The notes under the pieces were generated by a model. The model made no database searches. It saw only the letters and a list, made by a program, of their open reading frames with translations, and had not been told where the DNA came from. Position numbers and translations under genes: made by a program. From Victivallales bacterium (GTDB lineage Bacteria > Verrucomicrobiota > Lentisphaeria > Victivallales > SZUA-371): a DNA stretch of 64,000 nt. Position 1 is the stretch's first letter, and each line of letters begins with the position of its first letter. This document shows, piece by piece, positions 27,940-36,899 of the stretch. The DNA lies in the NCBI GenBank assembly GCA_016936495.1, contig JAFGXT010000014.1, forward strand, positions 27,035 to 91,034, given 5' to 3'.

Positions 27940-29778
27940 ATGTTTCTTTCCAGTTCATGTAAAACATCTGAATTATGGGCGGTGTTCGGATCGATCAATC
28001 GGTGCGAAAAGGTTGAAATCCCCAAAGAGTATGTAATTCCGGAAACGGTAACCGTTGGAGAGCGCCAAATCCAAGTGCGGAAGCTTATAGCGGTTGAGAA
28101 TAAGGTAGACCTCGCGCCGTTTATCGGCGGTTGCGGAGATGGCAAAGGAGCGCTGGTTCTGATCCCGTTGACGGTGGATGATGATGGGGTGTACTCGGTG
28201 GGGCTGGGCGCGGATTGGTGGTTTGAAGCGTATATTGATGGTAATGCGCTGTTGAGTTCGCCACGAACAGGCAATGAAATCTGGCCGCCGTCAATTTGCG
28301 ACTTCCGTGCTGACCTTGAATTAAAGAAGGGGGAGCATCTTCTGGCAATACGTTTCACCAGCGGTACAGGCGGAGCCACTTTGTGCGTCGCAGTAGGAAC
28401 TGCCGCCGAACTGACGGAATATGTTGCTGAACAGCGGCATATCAAACGTGAAGAAATAAGTTCTACGGTAGATTTTTCAGTCAACATGGGAAAGATCAAC
28501 CCATTGCACGGAGTTAACAACGGCCCGGTTACCTATAACAGTTTGATAGACGTCAGTGACAACTACCGTGAGTTGGGGGTTCCCTGGGTACGCCTTCATG
28601 ATTCCAATTATCCGCATCCGCGCGAGGTGGACATTCCACAGATTTTTCCGAATGAGGACGCCGATCCCACCGACCCATCCAATTATGATTTCCGGCGAAC
28701 CGACACCTATATTAAAAACATTATTGACACCGGGGCGAAGATCGTTTACCGCCTGGGGGTGAGCATTGAGCACGCGGCAATCAAATATTACACCCATCCG
28801 CCAAAGGATTTCAAACGCTGGGCGCAGGTGTGCGTCGGGATTATCAAACATTACAATCATGGCTGGGCCAACGGTTTTCATTATAATATCACCCACTGGG
28901 AAATCTGGAATGAACCGGAAGGTGATTCAATGTGGACAGGGACTCAGGAACAGTATTTCGAGCTTTACCGGGAGGCGTCGCTGGCAATCAAGGAATTCGA
29001 TCCAACAGTAAAGGTGGGCGGGTTCGCGGTTACCACTCCCAAGGTTCCTATGGTCAAGGACTTTCTGGCATACTGCCGCGACAAGAGTCTGCCGCTGGAT
29101 TTCTTTTCCTGGCATTGTTACGGCAAGAACCCGAAAAAAATGGTCGATTGCGCCGGGCTGGTGCAGGAGCTTCTTGCCCAGTATGGTTATTCCGCCGTCG
29201 AAAGTCATATGAATGAGTGGAATCTGTGGCCGGGATGGCATTTCGGCAAAGGACAGGCTGGCTTGCGTAAAGAATGTTTTGAGCGGCTGAAGAACGAGAT
29301 CGGCGCGTCCTTCTGTGTTTCCGTCCTTATCCGTCTTCAGGACAAGGATATTGACGTGGCGAACTATTACGACGGGCAACCGCGTTGCACCAATTTTTGC
29401 GGATTGTTCGATTTTTACGGGGTTCCGCAGAAAACCTACTACGGCTTTCTGGCTTTCAGTCGTCTGACGGCGTATCCCGAACGTGTGGCTGCCATCGGCA
29501 AAGATGGCGTGGATATTCTTGCGGCGATTAACCGGGAAAGGAAACAGGCGGCGGTTTTGCTGTCGAAATTCGGCGGTGAATCCTGGCTGGAACAGCCGGT
29601 GTTCTTCAAGAATCTGCCATCGGAAATCGACAGTTATGAACTGGTGATGGTTGACCGCGACCGCAATCTTGAAACTGTCAGCCGCGGTATGATTGGCAGA
29701 GAACAAGAGGTCGTGATCGCGTTCCGGGAACATTCCGTGGCGTTGCTGCGTCTGTTCAGTTCGGAAAACAACAAATGA
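27940..29778 (+). CDS. Glycoside hydrolase, GH39-like TIM barrel with an N-terminal beta-sandwich; no signal peptide
   Basis: ITHWEIWNEPEGDSMW and YFELYREASLAIKEFDPTVKVGGFA resemble the GH39 acid/base region. The first 150 aa or so look like a beta-sandwich. The family assignment was not checked against a database. Confidence 0.6.
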   Translation: MFLSSSCKTSELWAVFGSINRCEKVEIPKEYVIPETVTVGERQIQVRKLIAVENKVDLAPFIGGCGDGKGALVLIPLTVDDDGVYSVGLGADWWFEAYIDGNALLSSPRTGNEIWPPSICDFRADLELKKGEHLLAIRFTSGTGGATLCVAVGTAAELTEYVAEQRHIKREEISSTVDFSVNMGKINPLHGVNNGPVTYNSLIDVSDNYRELGVPWVRLHDSNYPHPREVDIPQIFPNEDADPTDPSNYDFRRTDTYIKNIIDTGAKIVYRLGVSIEHAAIKYYTHPPKDFKRWAQVCVGIIKHYNHGWANGFHYNITHWEIWNEPEGDSMWTGTQEQYFELYREASLAIKEFDPTVKVGGFAVTTPKVPMVKDFLAYCRDKSLPLDFFSWHCYGKNPKKMVDCAGLVQELLAQYGYSAVESHMNEWNLWPGWHFGKGQAGLRKECFERLKNEIGASFCVSVLIRLQDKDIDVANYYDGQPRCTNFCGLFDFYGVPQKTYYGFLAFSRLTAYPERVAAIGKDGVDILAAINRERKQAAVLLSKFGGESWLEQPVFFKNLPSEIDSYELVMVDRDRNLETVSRGMIGREQEVVIAFREHSVALLRLFSSENNK

Positions 29779-29826
29779 GTTTGTCGCATTTGCTTGTTGT
29801 AAGGTTTTGAATTCAAAATAAAAGGA

Positions 29827-32800
29827 GTGGGTATGTTTTTAAGGTTTGGAAAGAGTTGGGTTCTAATGCTTGTGCTGCTGCTGTGCAGTGCGGCGTTCGC
29901 GAATGAGGTAAAAATTATAACACCGGATATCAAGGGGGCGGGCTTGCCGGCGGAGATTGTTCGTCCTAAACAATGGAAAAACGCGCCGTGGAAAGTCGAT
30001 GACGGGGTTTTGCGTTCACCAGATTACAGCACCAGTGGTATGAGCGGGTTTGAGATCGGCAGCCCGGATTGGAATGACTATGAGGTTGACTTTAAACTTC
30101 GGCGTCTGGGAGCTCACCCGAAAGATCAGCATTGGGGGATTAGCTTGAGGAAAGGGGTAAGCATTTACACCCGTGGTAACAAGTGGATAATCAATATGCC
30201 GGAACGTAAGATTCACATGACATTCGGCAAACCCTTTCCGGCGCTTCAGGTTGGAGCCGATGCTCCGTGGACGGATTTCAATATTTCCGTAAAGGGCAAT
30301 TCTCTGACAGTCAAGGTGAATGGTGAAACCGTGGCGAGCCGCGATGATCTTCCCGAGGGAAGCGGACATTTCTCATTCTACACCTTCAGGAATTATCTTG
30401 AAATGAAGGACATTTCCATCCGGGTTTACAAGAGTGGGAACAATACGGAAAAGGTCAATTCCCCGAATATCGCGCTGAACGCCAGTTTTGAGGAATGTAC
30501 CCTGGGTAAACTTCCCGATTATTGGGGTGTAAGGCATTGGGGTATTGATGACCCGGAAATAATTTTGCATCATGAGGCGTGGCTCAAGACTTTCGGTACG
30601 GACGATACTCAGGCATGGCACGGTAAGCGCAGCATGAGACTTGAAAATACAACCGACGTGCCAGTAAGCGATTCCCGTAGAATGTGGTCATGCAATTTCG
30701 GCACGAAAGTCGGTTCCACTTATACTTTATCGGCATACATGAAAGCGGATCGTCCGGGGGTAAAGGTGGGCTTGTCTGCTTCCCCGTACCCGGAAGGTCG
30801 TAAGTTGGAGAAGATTGTTACGTTGACTCAGGATTGGCAGCGTTATGAGTATACCTATACCCGGACACGTAATTCTCTTTATACGGACATGATGTATTTT
30901 AAACTTCAGAATAAGGGTGCGATATGGGTCGATGCCATCCAGTTGGAACTGGGGGAAAAGGCGACGCCGTTTCAACTTGCCAACGCCGACGCGCGCCTGA
31001 CTGTTCATGAGGGGAATGTGGAAAAGGCTCTTTATGAAGTACCTGTACATCAGCTCCCTTTGCTGAAGGAAGCTCCCCGCATGGATGGCACGCTGAATGA
31101 CCAGTTGTGGTCAAAGGTTCCGGCGCTGGAGCTTAAATCTGTCTACGGTAAAGAGATAAAGGAAAAAGCTACGGCAAAGATTTTCTACACCATTGACTGC
31201 ATTTACGTTGGATTCGACGCGCAGGAAGCTAATTCCGATAAGATAAGCTGTTCCAAACAGAAGCATGATGATTATGTCTGGATTGATCCGTCATTTGAAA
31301 TTTTCATTGACTCAAAACTGACGCGCGGAACTTATCACCATCTAGTGTTCAATGCCGACGGGGTCAAATACGATTCCAATCTCGGCAACTCGGCGTGGAA
31401 TGGCGACTGGCAGGTGAAAACCGCCCGCAAAAAGGACAACTCCGGCTGGACCGCCGAGATGTTTATTCCTTTCAGTGGTATGGGGATTGATTTTAATAAC
31501 GGCGACCGCTGGGGATTTAATATATGCCGCAACAATCCGCGTTCCTCTGAGATTTCAAGCTGGGCTCCCACCTATGGACGCTTTCATGAACCTTTGCGTT
31601 TCGGACAACTGGTCATTGATGAAGCCGTACAAAAGAACTATATAGCGGGAATCCGTAATCTTACGCTGAAATATGCAGGTCGGGATAAGAACGAGTTGTC
31701 GGCGGAAGTATTTAACAACACCGGAAGGGGCATTGAAGCCATACTTGCCTGCCGTATAAGCCCGGTGCAAGGCGGAAGCCCATTGTCTTTTGAAAAGAAA
31801 ATCACGCTTCCTGACCGGAGAACATCAAAGGTGATCCTAGGCATTGTCCCCGGCAAACCTTCGGACAGCTTCACGGCGGCAATGACGCTGAAAGAGAGCT
31901 CCCGCGTGATCGTATCCGCTACAGAGACCGTTTCCGGCGGGAACATCCTGTGTGCGATTCCGCAATTTGATTATTGCACGACGGAAAAGCATATGCCGGT
32001 TCAAGTCCGTACGGAACTTAACCCGGAACAACTCAAAACCCTGACTTTGGAAACCACTGTTTCCAACGGACAAAAAGAAGTTTACCGCAATTCCGCCAGA
32101 CTGACGGACGGAATGCAGGAAAAACAGCTCCCGGTGGGGGAGTGGGCGCTGGGTGACTACAAACTGGTCTGCCGTCTGTTGGATGACTCCGGCGAAATCG
32201 CTAAATCCGAAAGCTCTTTCCAGAAACTCGCGCCTTCATCGCACGAGGTGAAGCTTGACCGTTTCCGCCGGATCACGCTGGTCAACGGCAAGCCTTTTTT
32301 CCCGCTTGGCATTTTCTGGGAAGGACGTACCACTCCCGCCGTAGTTGAGCTTCTGGCGAAAGGCAATGTCAACACGATTCATTTTTATGGAACTCCCACT
32401 GATGAGATATTGGAGACCGGGCGCAAGCACGGCGTGATGTTCCAACTTGATGTCCATGCTCGGAAAGGCAAGGCTCTGGAGACTATCGGCAAATGGAAAC
32501 ATCATCCGGCGATACTTTCATGGTATACTTATGACGAAGCGTTCACCACCGAATGGGGAAGAAAGAATCTGGCGGGAATCCGCAAGACTATCGCAGACGG
32601 GCAGGCGCTTGATCCCTATCGACCCGTGGTGATGCTGGAAAATATCTACGGAATGAATTATCTGATGGACAAGGGAATGGATTTCCCCGGCAAAATACCG
32701 ACACTGGACTACTATGCGTATCCGCCATCGGCGAATGTCCAGTTGTGGGATAATTATTCAAAGGCGATTATGAAATTCGGCAAACAGGATGGACGCCCGG

Positions 32801-33270
32801 CCTGGGCGGTGCCACTTATGTCCGGCTATGCCTTTCACTCCAGCCGGGACATGTCCCCGGCGGAACTTGAATATCAGGTGTATATCTGTGCCATCAACGG
32901 TATTCGCGGGATTCTGTTCTGGGCTGGATATCCGAAAGCGCCGGGAACTTTTGCCAAAATCAGTTCTCTATTCGGGGAAATACAACAGTTGGTCGAGCCG
33001 CTGATTTCTCTGGAACAGACGCCGGAAGTACAATGTAATTCTGCGGATGTCAAATTTACAATTAAAAGGTACAATGGAGCAATGTATCTGATCACCGTCA
33101 ACGAATCAAAAAAAGAGGTTCAAGCCCGCTTTGATCTCTCCGCGCTCGGCAACGTGAAAATGGCTGAAGTGCTATTTGAAAACCGGAATACTCCAGTTAT
33201 TCAGAGTCGCCTGCAAGATAAATACAAAGGGCTTGAGCGACATGTTTATTTATTGAAAAGTAATCAATAA
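29827..33270 (+). CDS. Secreted 1147-aa multidomain carbohydrate-active protein (DUF1080 + CBM4/9-like + CBM9-like + C-terminal TIM-barrel-like domain)
   Basis: Signal peptide ...LLLCSAAFANE. DUF1080-like WKVDDGVLRS...FRNYLEMKDISIR. CBM9/DOMON-like MDGTLNDQLWSKVPAL...YHHLVFNADG...GWTAEMFIPF. The C-terminal block ITLVNGKPFFPLGIFWEG is typical of glycosidase barrels. Confidence 0.65.
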   Translation: MGMFLRFGKSWVLMLVLLLCSAAFANEVKIITPDIKGAGLPAEIVRPKQWKNAPWKVDDGVLRSPDYSTSGMSGFEIGSPDWNDYEVDFKLRRLGAHPKDQHWGISLRKGVSIYTRGNKWIINMPERKIHMTFGKPFPALQVGADAPWTDFNISVKGNSLTVKVNGETVASRDDLPEGSGHFSFYTFRNYLEMKDISIRVYKSGNNTEKVNSPNIALNASFEECTLGKLPDYWGVRHWGIDDPEIILHHEAWLKTFGTDDTQAWHGKRSMRLENTTDVPVSDSRRMWSCNFGTKVGSTYTLSAYMKADRPGVKVGLSASPYPEGRKLEKIVTLTQDWQRYEYTYTRTRNSLYTDMMYFKLQNKGAIWVDAIQLELGEKATPFQLANADARLTVHEGNVEKALYEVPVHQLPLLKEAPRMDGTLNDQLWSKVPALELKSVYGKEIKEKATAKIFYTIDCIYVGFDAQEANSDKISCSKQKHDDYVWIDPSFEIFIDSKLTRGTYHHLVFNADGVKYDSNLGNSAWNGDWQVKTARKKDNSGWTAEMFIPFSGMGIDFNNGDRWGFNICRNNPRSSEISSWAPTYGRFHEPLRFGQLVIDEAVQKNYIAGIRNLTLKYAGRDKNELSAEVFNNTGRGIEAILACRISPVQGGSPLSFEKKITLPDRRTSKVILGIVPGKPSDSFTAAMTLKESSRVIVSATETVSGGNILCAIPQFDYCTTEKHMPVQVRTELNPEQLKTLTLETTVSNGQKEVYRNSARLTDGMQEKQLPVGEWALGDYKLVCRLLDDSGEIAKSESSFQKLAPSSHEVKLDRFRRITLVNGKPFFPLGIFWEGRTTPAVVELLAKGNVNTIHFYGTPTDEILETGRKHGVMFQLDVHARKGKALETIGKWKHHPAILSWYTYDEAFTTEWGRKNLAGIRKTIADGQALDPYRPVVMLENIYGMNYLMDKGMDFPGKIPTLDYYAYPPSANVQLWDNYSKAIMKFGKQDGRPAWAVPLMSGYAFHSSRDMSPAELEYQVYICAINGIRGILFWAGYPKAPGTFAKISSLFGEIQQLVEPLISLEQTPEVQCNSADVKFTIKRYNGAMYLITVNESKKEVQARFDLSALGNVKMAEVLFENRNTPVIQSRLQDKYKGLERHVYLLKSNQ

Positions 33271-33296
33271 TCAGCAATATATTGGGGCTGAAACCG

Positions 33297-33348
33297 ACAG
33301 TGTCTGTATGCATATCAGAAAAAGATAGCATTCAGACACTGTTTTTTT
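33297..33348 (+). terminator. Intrinsic terminator with a long loop after cassette 2
   Basis: acagtgtctg (33297-33306) pairs with cagacactgt (33333-33342) and is followed by a T7 run. Confidence 0.55.
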
Positions 33349-33390
33349 ATAGAAAGATAATAGTATGAGAATGACTGGAATATAGTAAGC

Positions 33391-33422
33391 GTCACATACA
33401 AACACATAAAATGACATAAAAA
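33391..33422 (+). repeat. TG/CA-rich intergenic element, copy B (diverged)
   Basis: gtcacatacaaacacataaaatgacataaaaa aligns with copies A and D, sharing ...acaaa-acaca-aaaatgaca-aaaaa. Confidence 0.45.
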
Positions 33423-33542
33423 TAACTTGCTTCGTTTGTGTTGGAATACTAATGTACCTTATATCAAAAAGTATGATCGTTTAATCAGGAAATGATAAAC
33501 CATGAATGCCGATTACGTCATGATAGTTACAATGTGTTCTGA

Positions 33543-35057
33543 ATGCCGTACCTGGGGATGTCCTCAATGACAGAAGTATCGAATAAAAAAAGATTTTTAG
33601 CGGGATTTGCGATAATCTGGGCATTGCTGATAATTTTTAACATCAGGCAACTGGATAATCCGCCTTACTGGGATGATATTATTGGACTTCACGCTCAGGC
33701 ACTCTGGTATGTCAAGCATGATTTTAATGTTTTGAAGCTATGGGCGTCACCGACGGTCTACTATACATCTAATCTGTATCCGTTGGGGATAATGCCGTTG
33801 TTGTATGGACTTACGTATAAACTTATGCCTCCGATGGCAGTACATGTGTGCGGTCATCTGTTCAATATGGCATGTCTTGCCATGTGTGGTATGTTATGTT
33901 GGAAAATGTTACGCAGACGTTCATGGCTTATCGCCGGCGTTGCTTGTGCTGTCGCTCTGACCCAGCCTGTAATGGCGGGACAGACGGCGGCTCTGGGGCA
34001 GGAATGTCCACTTGCGCTGATATGTATGCTGAGCGTGTATTGTTTTTCACAAAGAAGGTTCACTGCGGCTTACTTGTGGGCAGCGGGAGCTTTTTTTATC
34101 AAGTATACCGGTATTATTTTACTGCTTGCCTTTCCGGCATACTGGTTGCTTATGTTGGTGTTTTCCTATTGCAGCAGAAGCGGCTCCGGTGTTGGTAAAA
34201 TAAAAAGACAGTTGCTGTATTCAGCTTTACTGACAGGAATATTTTGTGTCATAATGATTATGATGCCTCAGGGGATAAGCGCGGCGCCGGGACTGAATAT
34301 CAAAACAGCCTTGTTGCGTGCCTTCGCGTTCACCCGTACATATTACCCTTTGCTGGGTCTTTATGGTGTTGTGGCGATGATTGGAGCATTATGGTTTATT
34401 GTGCGGGTTCGTCCATTCCGGCGCGATATATTCACAGTGATTTTGCTCAGTATTTTCTGCTGCGGATTTTGTGTGGCGTTTTTTTATCACAGTCTACCAT
34501 TGCCGCGATACTTTACGACTATAATCTTCCCGCTTACTGTATTGTTATTTTTAGCTGTTCCCCGCAGGCTGGCATTAATTACAGGTTTATGCTTTATCAT
34601 TCTTCACATCGCCGCCATAGACGGCGCGTTGTTTCCCCGGATGAGAGCGATGCCGCGAAGCGGGGCGTTGCTTGAGCGCAGCCGGGAGTATCTGACTGAC
34701 CTGGAGGCAAACCGTAGACTGTGCAAGTGGGTGGAAACAAATGCTTTTGATCGTCCTGTTCTGGCGAAATGGCCATTTGTTCACATGCTTACCGTTCCGG
34801 AATTTGGTTATGTGTCAAAACCTTTACCGAGAGTGTTAAGTCCGTATCATGTGCATGATTGTTGTACAGGGGTAACCATACTGGAAGCGAACAATTTCCG
34901 GTTGCCGCCGGGGGCGATATTTATATATGCCGACAACGATTTCGAATATATGCACAGTCCTATCCGGTTGGTTCCGCGAGGCAACGTTAAAGTTCTCTAT
35001 AGCGACGAAAGTCTGCCTGGAGACCTGCTCATATACACGCTTCCGCAACGCCCTTGA
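33543..35057 (+). CDS. Polytopic membrane protein, GT-C fold glycosyltransferase-like (ArnT/PMT-like)
   Basis: About 12 TM helices. The first extracytoplasmic loop carries NPPYWDDIIG (an acidic DD motif as in GT-C enzymes), and there is a soluble C-terminal domain. Context: convergent with the GT2/WecD/WecE operon. Fold assignment was not verified. Confidence 0.55.
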   Translation: MPYLGMSSMTEVSNKKRFLAGFAIIWALLIIFNIRQLDNPPYWDDIIGLHAQALWYVKHDFNVLKLWASPTVYYTSNLYPLGIMPLLYGLTYKLMPPMAVHVCGHLFNMACLAMCGMLCWKMLRRRSWLIAGVACAVALTQPVMAGQTAALGQECPLALICMLSVYCFSQRRFTAAYLWAAGAFFIKYTGIILLLAFPAYWLLMLVFSYCSRSGSGVGKIKRQLLYSALLTGIFCVIMIMMPQGISAAPGLNIKTALLRAFAFTRTYYPLLGLYGVVAMIGALWFIVRVRPFRRDIFTVILLSIFCCGFCVAFFYHSLPLPRYFTTIIFPLTVLLFLAVPRRLALITGLCFIILHIAAIDGALFPRMRAMPRSGALLERSREYLTDLEANRRLCKWVETNAFDRPVLAKWPFVHMLTVPEFGYVSKPLPRVLSPYHVHDCCTGVTILEANNFRLPPGAIFIYADNDFEYMHSPIRLVPRGNVKVLYSDESLPGDLLIYTLPQRP

Positions 35058-35070
35058 GGTTAATTGAAAA

Positions 35071-36201
35071 TCATTGTGTGAAGAAGTCTTTCACAATACC
35101 GGTAATGTGTGAGACATCTGCATCGGTCAGTTCATAGTAACATGGCAGTCTGAGTAAACGTTCCGACAGTGCTTCTGTGTATGGAAGATGCCGCTCTTGA
35201 GGATGAAATTTTTTGCCCATTGGCGAGCTGTGTAGCGGTACATAATGAAACACCGCGTAAATATCGTGTCGTTTCAGGTGTTTGATCAGTTGCTCTCTGA
35301 CTTTATTGGAATCCAGCAGTATGTAAAACATATGCGCGTTCTGATTGCATTCGGGAGGAATATGAGGCAGGTGCAAGTATCCGGCTTCCTCCAGATCACG
35401 CAACTCACTATGATAATGGTTCCAGATGTTTATTCTGCTTGAAGATATTTTCTGACTTTCCTCAAGTTGTGCATACAAAAAAGCGGCCGTTAACTCAGAC
35501 GCAAGATAACTTGAGCCTATGTCCACCCAGGTGTATTTATCGCTTTCTCCGCGAAAAAACTGGGCGCGGTTGGTACCTTTATCCCGAAGAATGCAGGCGC
35601 GCTCGCGAAAACGGTCGTCGTTAACTACCAGAGCTCCGCCTTCTCCTGAAATGAAATTTTTAGTCTCATGAAAGCTATAGCAGCCGAGATGTCCTATTGT
35701 CCCGAGAAAACGCTGCTTGTAGGTGGCGCAGACGCCCTGTGCGGCGTCTTCAACTACTATTAAGTCATGTTTTCCTGCAATGTCCATGATAGTATCCATT
35801 TCGCATGCGACTCCGGCGTAATGTACAGGGCATATGACTTTGGTTTTTTCTGATATAAGCGATTCCAGTTGATTTTCGTCCATGTTCATCGTGTCCGGTC
35901 TTATATCGACAAAAACTGGCTTTGCTCCTCTGAGCACAAATGCGTTCGCGGTGGAAACAAAAGTGTATGACGGCAGGATAACTTCGTCGCCCGGTTGAAT
36001 ATCGCACAGAATGGCCGCCATTTCCAAAGCCGCAGTACAGGAATGTACCAGCAGAGTATGTTTTGCATGAAGATTTTGCTCCATCCATTGCGTGCATAAA
36101 TGGGTAAACGGTCCATCCCCGGCCAAATTGCCGTTGGCGACCGCTTGGGAAATATAGGAAAGTTCTTTGCCGACTATATAAGGTCGATTGAAGGGAATCA
36201 T
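35071..36201 (-). CDS. wecE: dTDP-4-amino-4,6-dideoxygalactose transaminase (DegT/WecE family)
   Basis: MIPFNRPYIVGKELSYI..., PSYTFVSTANAFVLRGAKPVFVDIRPDTMN, VHYAGVACEMDTIM, SFHETKN and DKYTWVDIGSSYL track E. coli WecE very closely as I recall it. The ATG at 36201 lies 6 nt after AAGGAG and overlaps the upstream stop (ATGA). Confidence 0.88.
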   Translation of the reverse strand: MIPFNRPYIVGKELSYISQAVANGNLAGDGPFTHLCTQWMEQNLHAKHTLLVHSCTAALEMAAILCDIQPGDEVILPSYTFVSTANAFVLRGAKPVFVDIRPDTMNMDENQLESLISEKTKVICPVHYAGVACEMDTIMDIAGKHDLIVVEDAAQGVCATYKQRFLGTIGHLGCYSFHETKNFISGEGGALVVNDDRFRERACILRDKGTNRAQFFRGESDKYTWVDIGSSYLASELTAAFLYAQLEESQKISSSRINIWNHYHSELRDLEEAGYLHLPHIPPECNQNAHMFYILLDSNKVREQLIKHLKRHDIYAVFHYVPLHSSPMGKKFHPQERHLPYTEALSERLLRLPCYYELTDADVSHITGIVKDFFTQ

Positions 36202-36899
36202 AAGCCGCTCCTTTTCCAATGCCACACGCCTTCGCGGGAAATTATTTCATAACCATTCTTTTCATATAAATGACACGCCTGTTTGTTCCCTTCCTGAGTC
36301 GCCACTGTCCCGGTTTTCACCTGTTTGGAAAAATAAAAGTTATCACATGCATTTAACAGTCTTGTTCCGATTCCTTTGCCGCGTGAATCCTTATTTACGG
36401 CAAGCAACCCGATATTTCCATCGTTTCCGTTGCACTTGATAAGTATCATGCCTGCAGGAGTAGCATTATCCATGCAGGCGAGAACAACGGATTCCGGATC
36501 ACTGATTCCTTTTTCAATCCATGTGCAATAGAGATCGTGAAAAAATGGATGCAAATCTGGATCCATGTTGAAGCGGGAACGCCATCCGGCGGCAATTGAC
36601 AACTCATGCATTCCCGGTATAAGTTTTTCCACCCTCACTATTTCTGCTTGTTCCGATGGCGTAAAGCCGGTTTTACGGTAAATGATCTTCCGGTCATATT
36701 CTACAGCTCCGCCGTCAGTTAGAGCTTTACGTTTAGCTGTGCTCAATTCTGCGGAAGTAAAAATATAACACAAATCGGGAGGAGAATCGTTCAAGCTTGA
36801 GAACAGTTCTGATGGAGTGAATGCGTCATCAACAACGATCTTTTCGACTTTGCGCTGGAAAAAAATGGAGTCCCATTCCAGATATGTTCTACTTATCAT
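36198..36899 (-). CDS. GNAT N-acetyltransferase, WecD-like (dTDP-fucosamine acetyltransferase-like)
   Basis: 233 aa. N-terminal LEWDSIFFQRKV resembles the WecD N-domain. The C-terminal GNAT block is IGLLAVNKDSRGKGIGTRLLNA. Translationally coupled to wecE. Confidence 0.6.
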   Translation of the reverse strand: MISRTYLEWDSIFFQRKVEKIVVDDAFTPSELFSSLNDSPPDLCYIFTSAELSTAKRKALTDGGAVEYDRKIIYRKTGFTPSEQAEIVRVEKLIPGMHELSIAAGWRSRFNMDPDLHPFFHDLYCTWIEKGISDPESVVLACMDNATPAGMILIKCNGNDGNIGLLAVNKDSRGKGIGTRLLNACDNFYFSKQVKTGTVATQEGNKQACHLYEKNGYEIISREGVWHWKRSGL

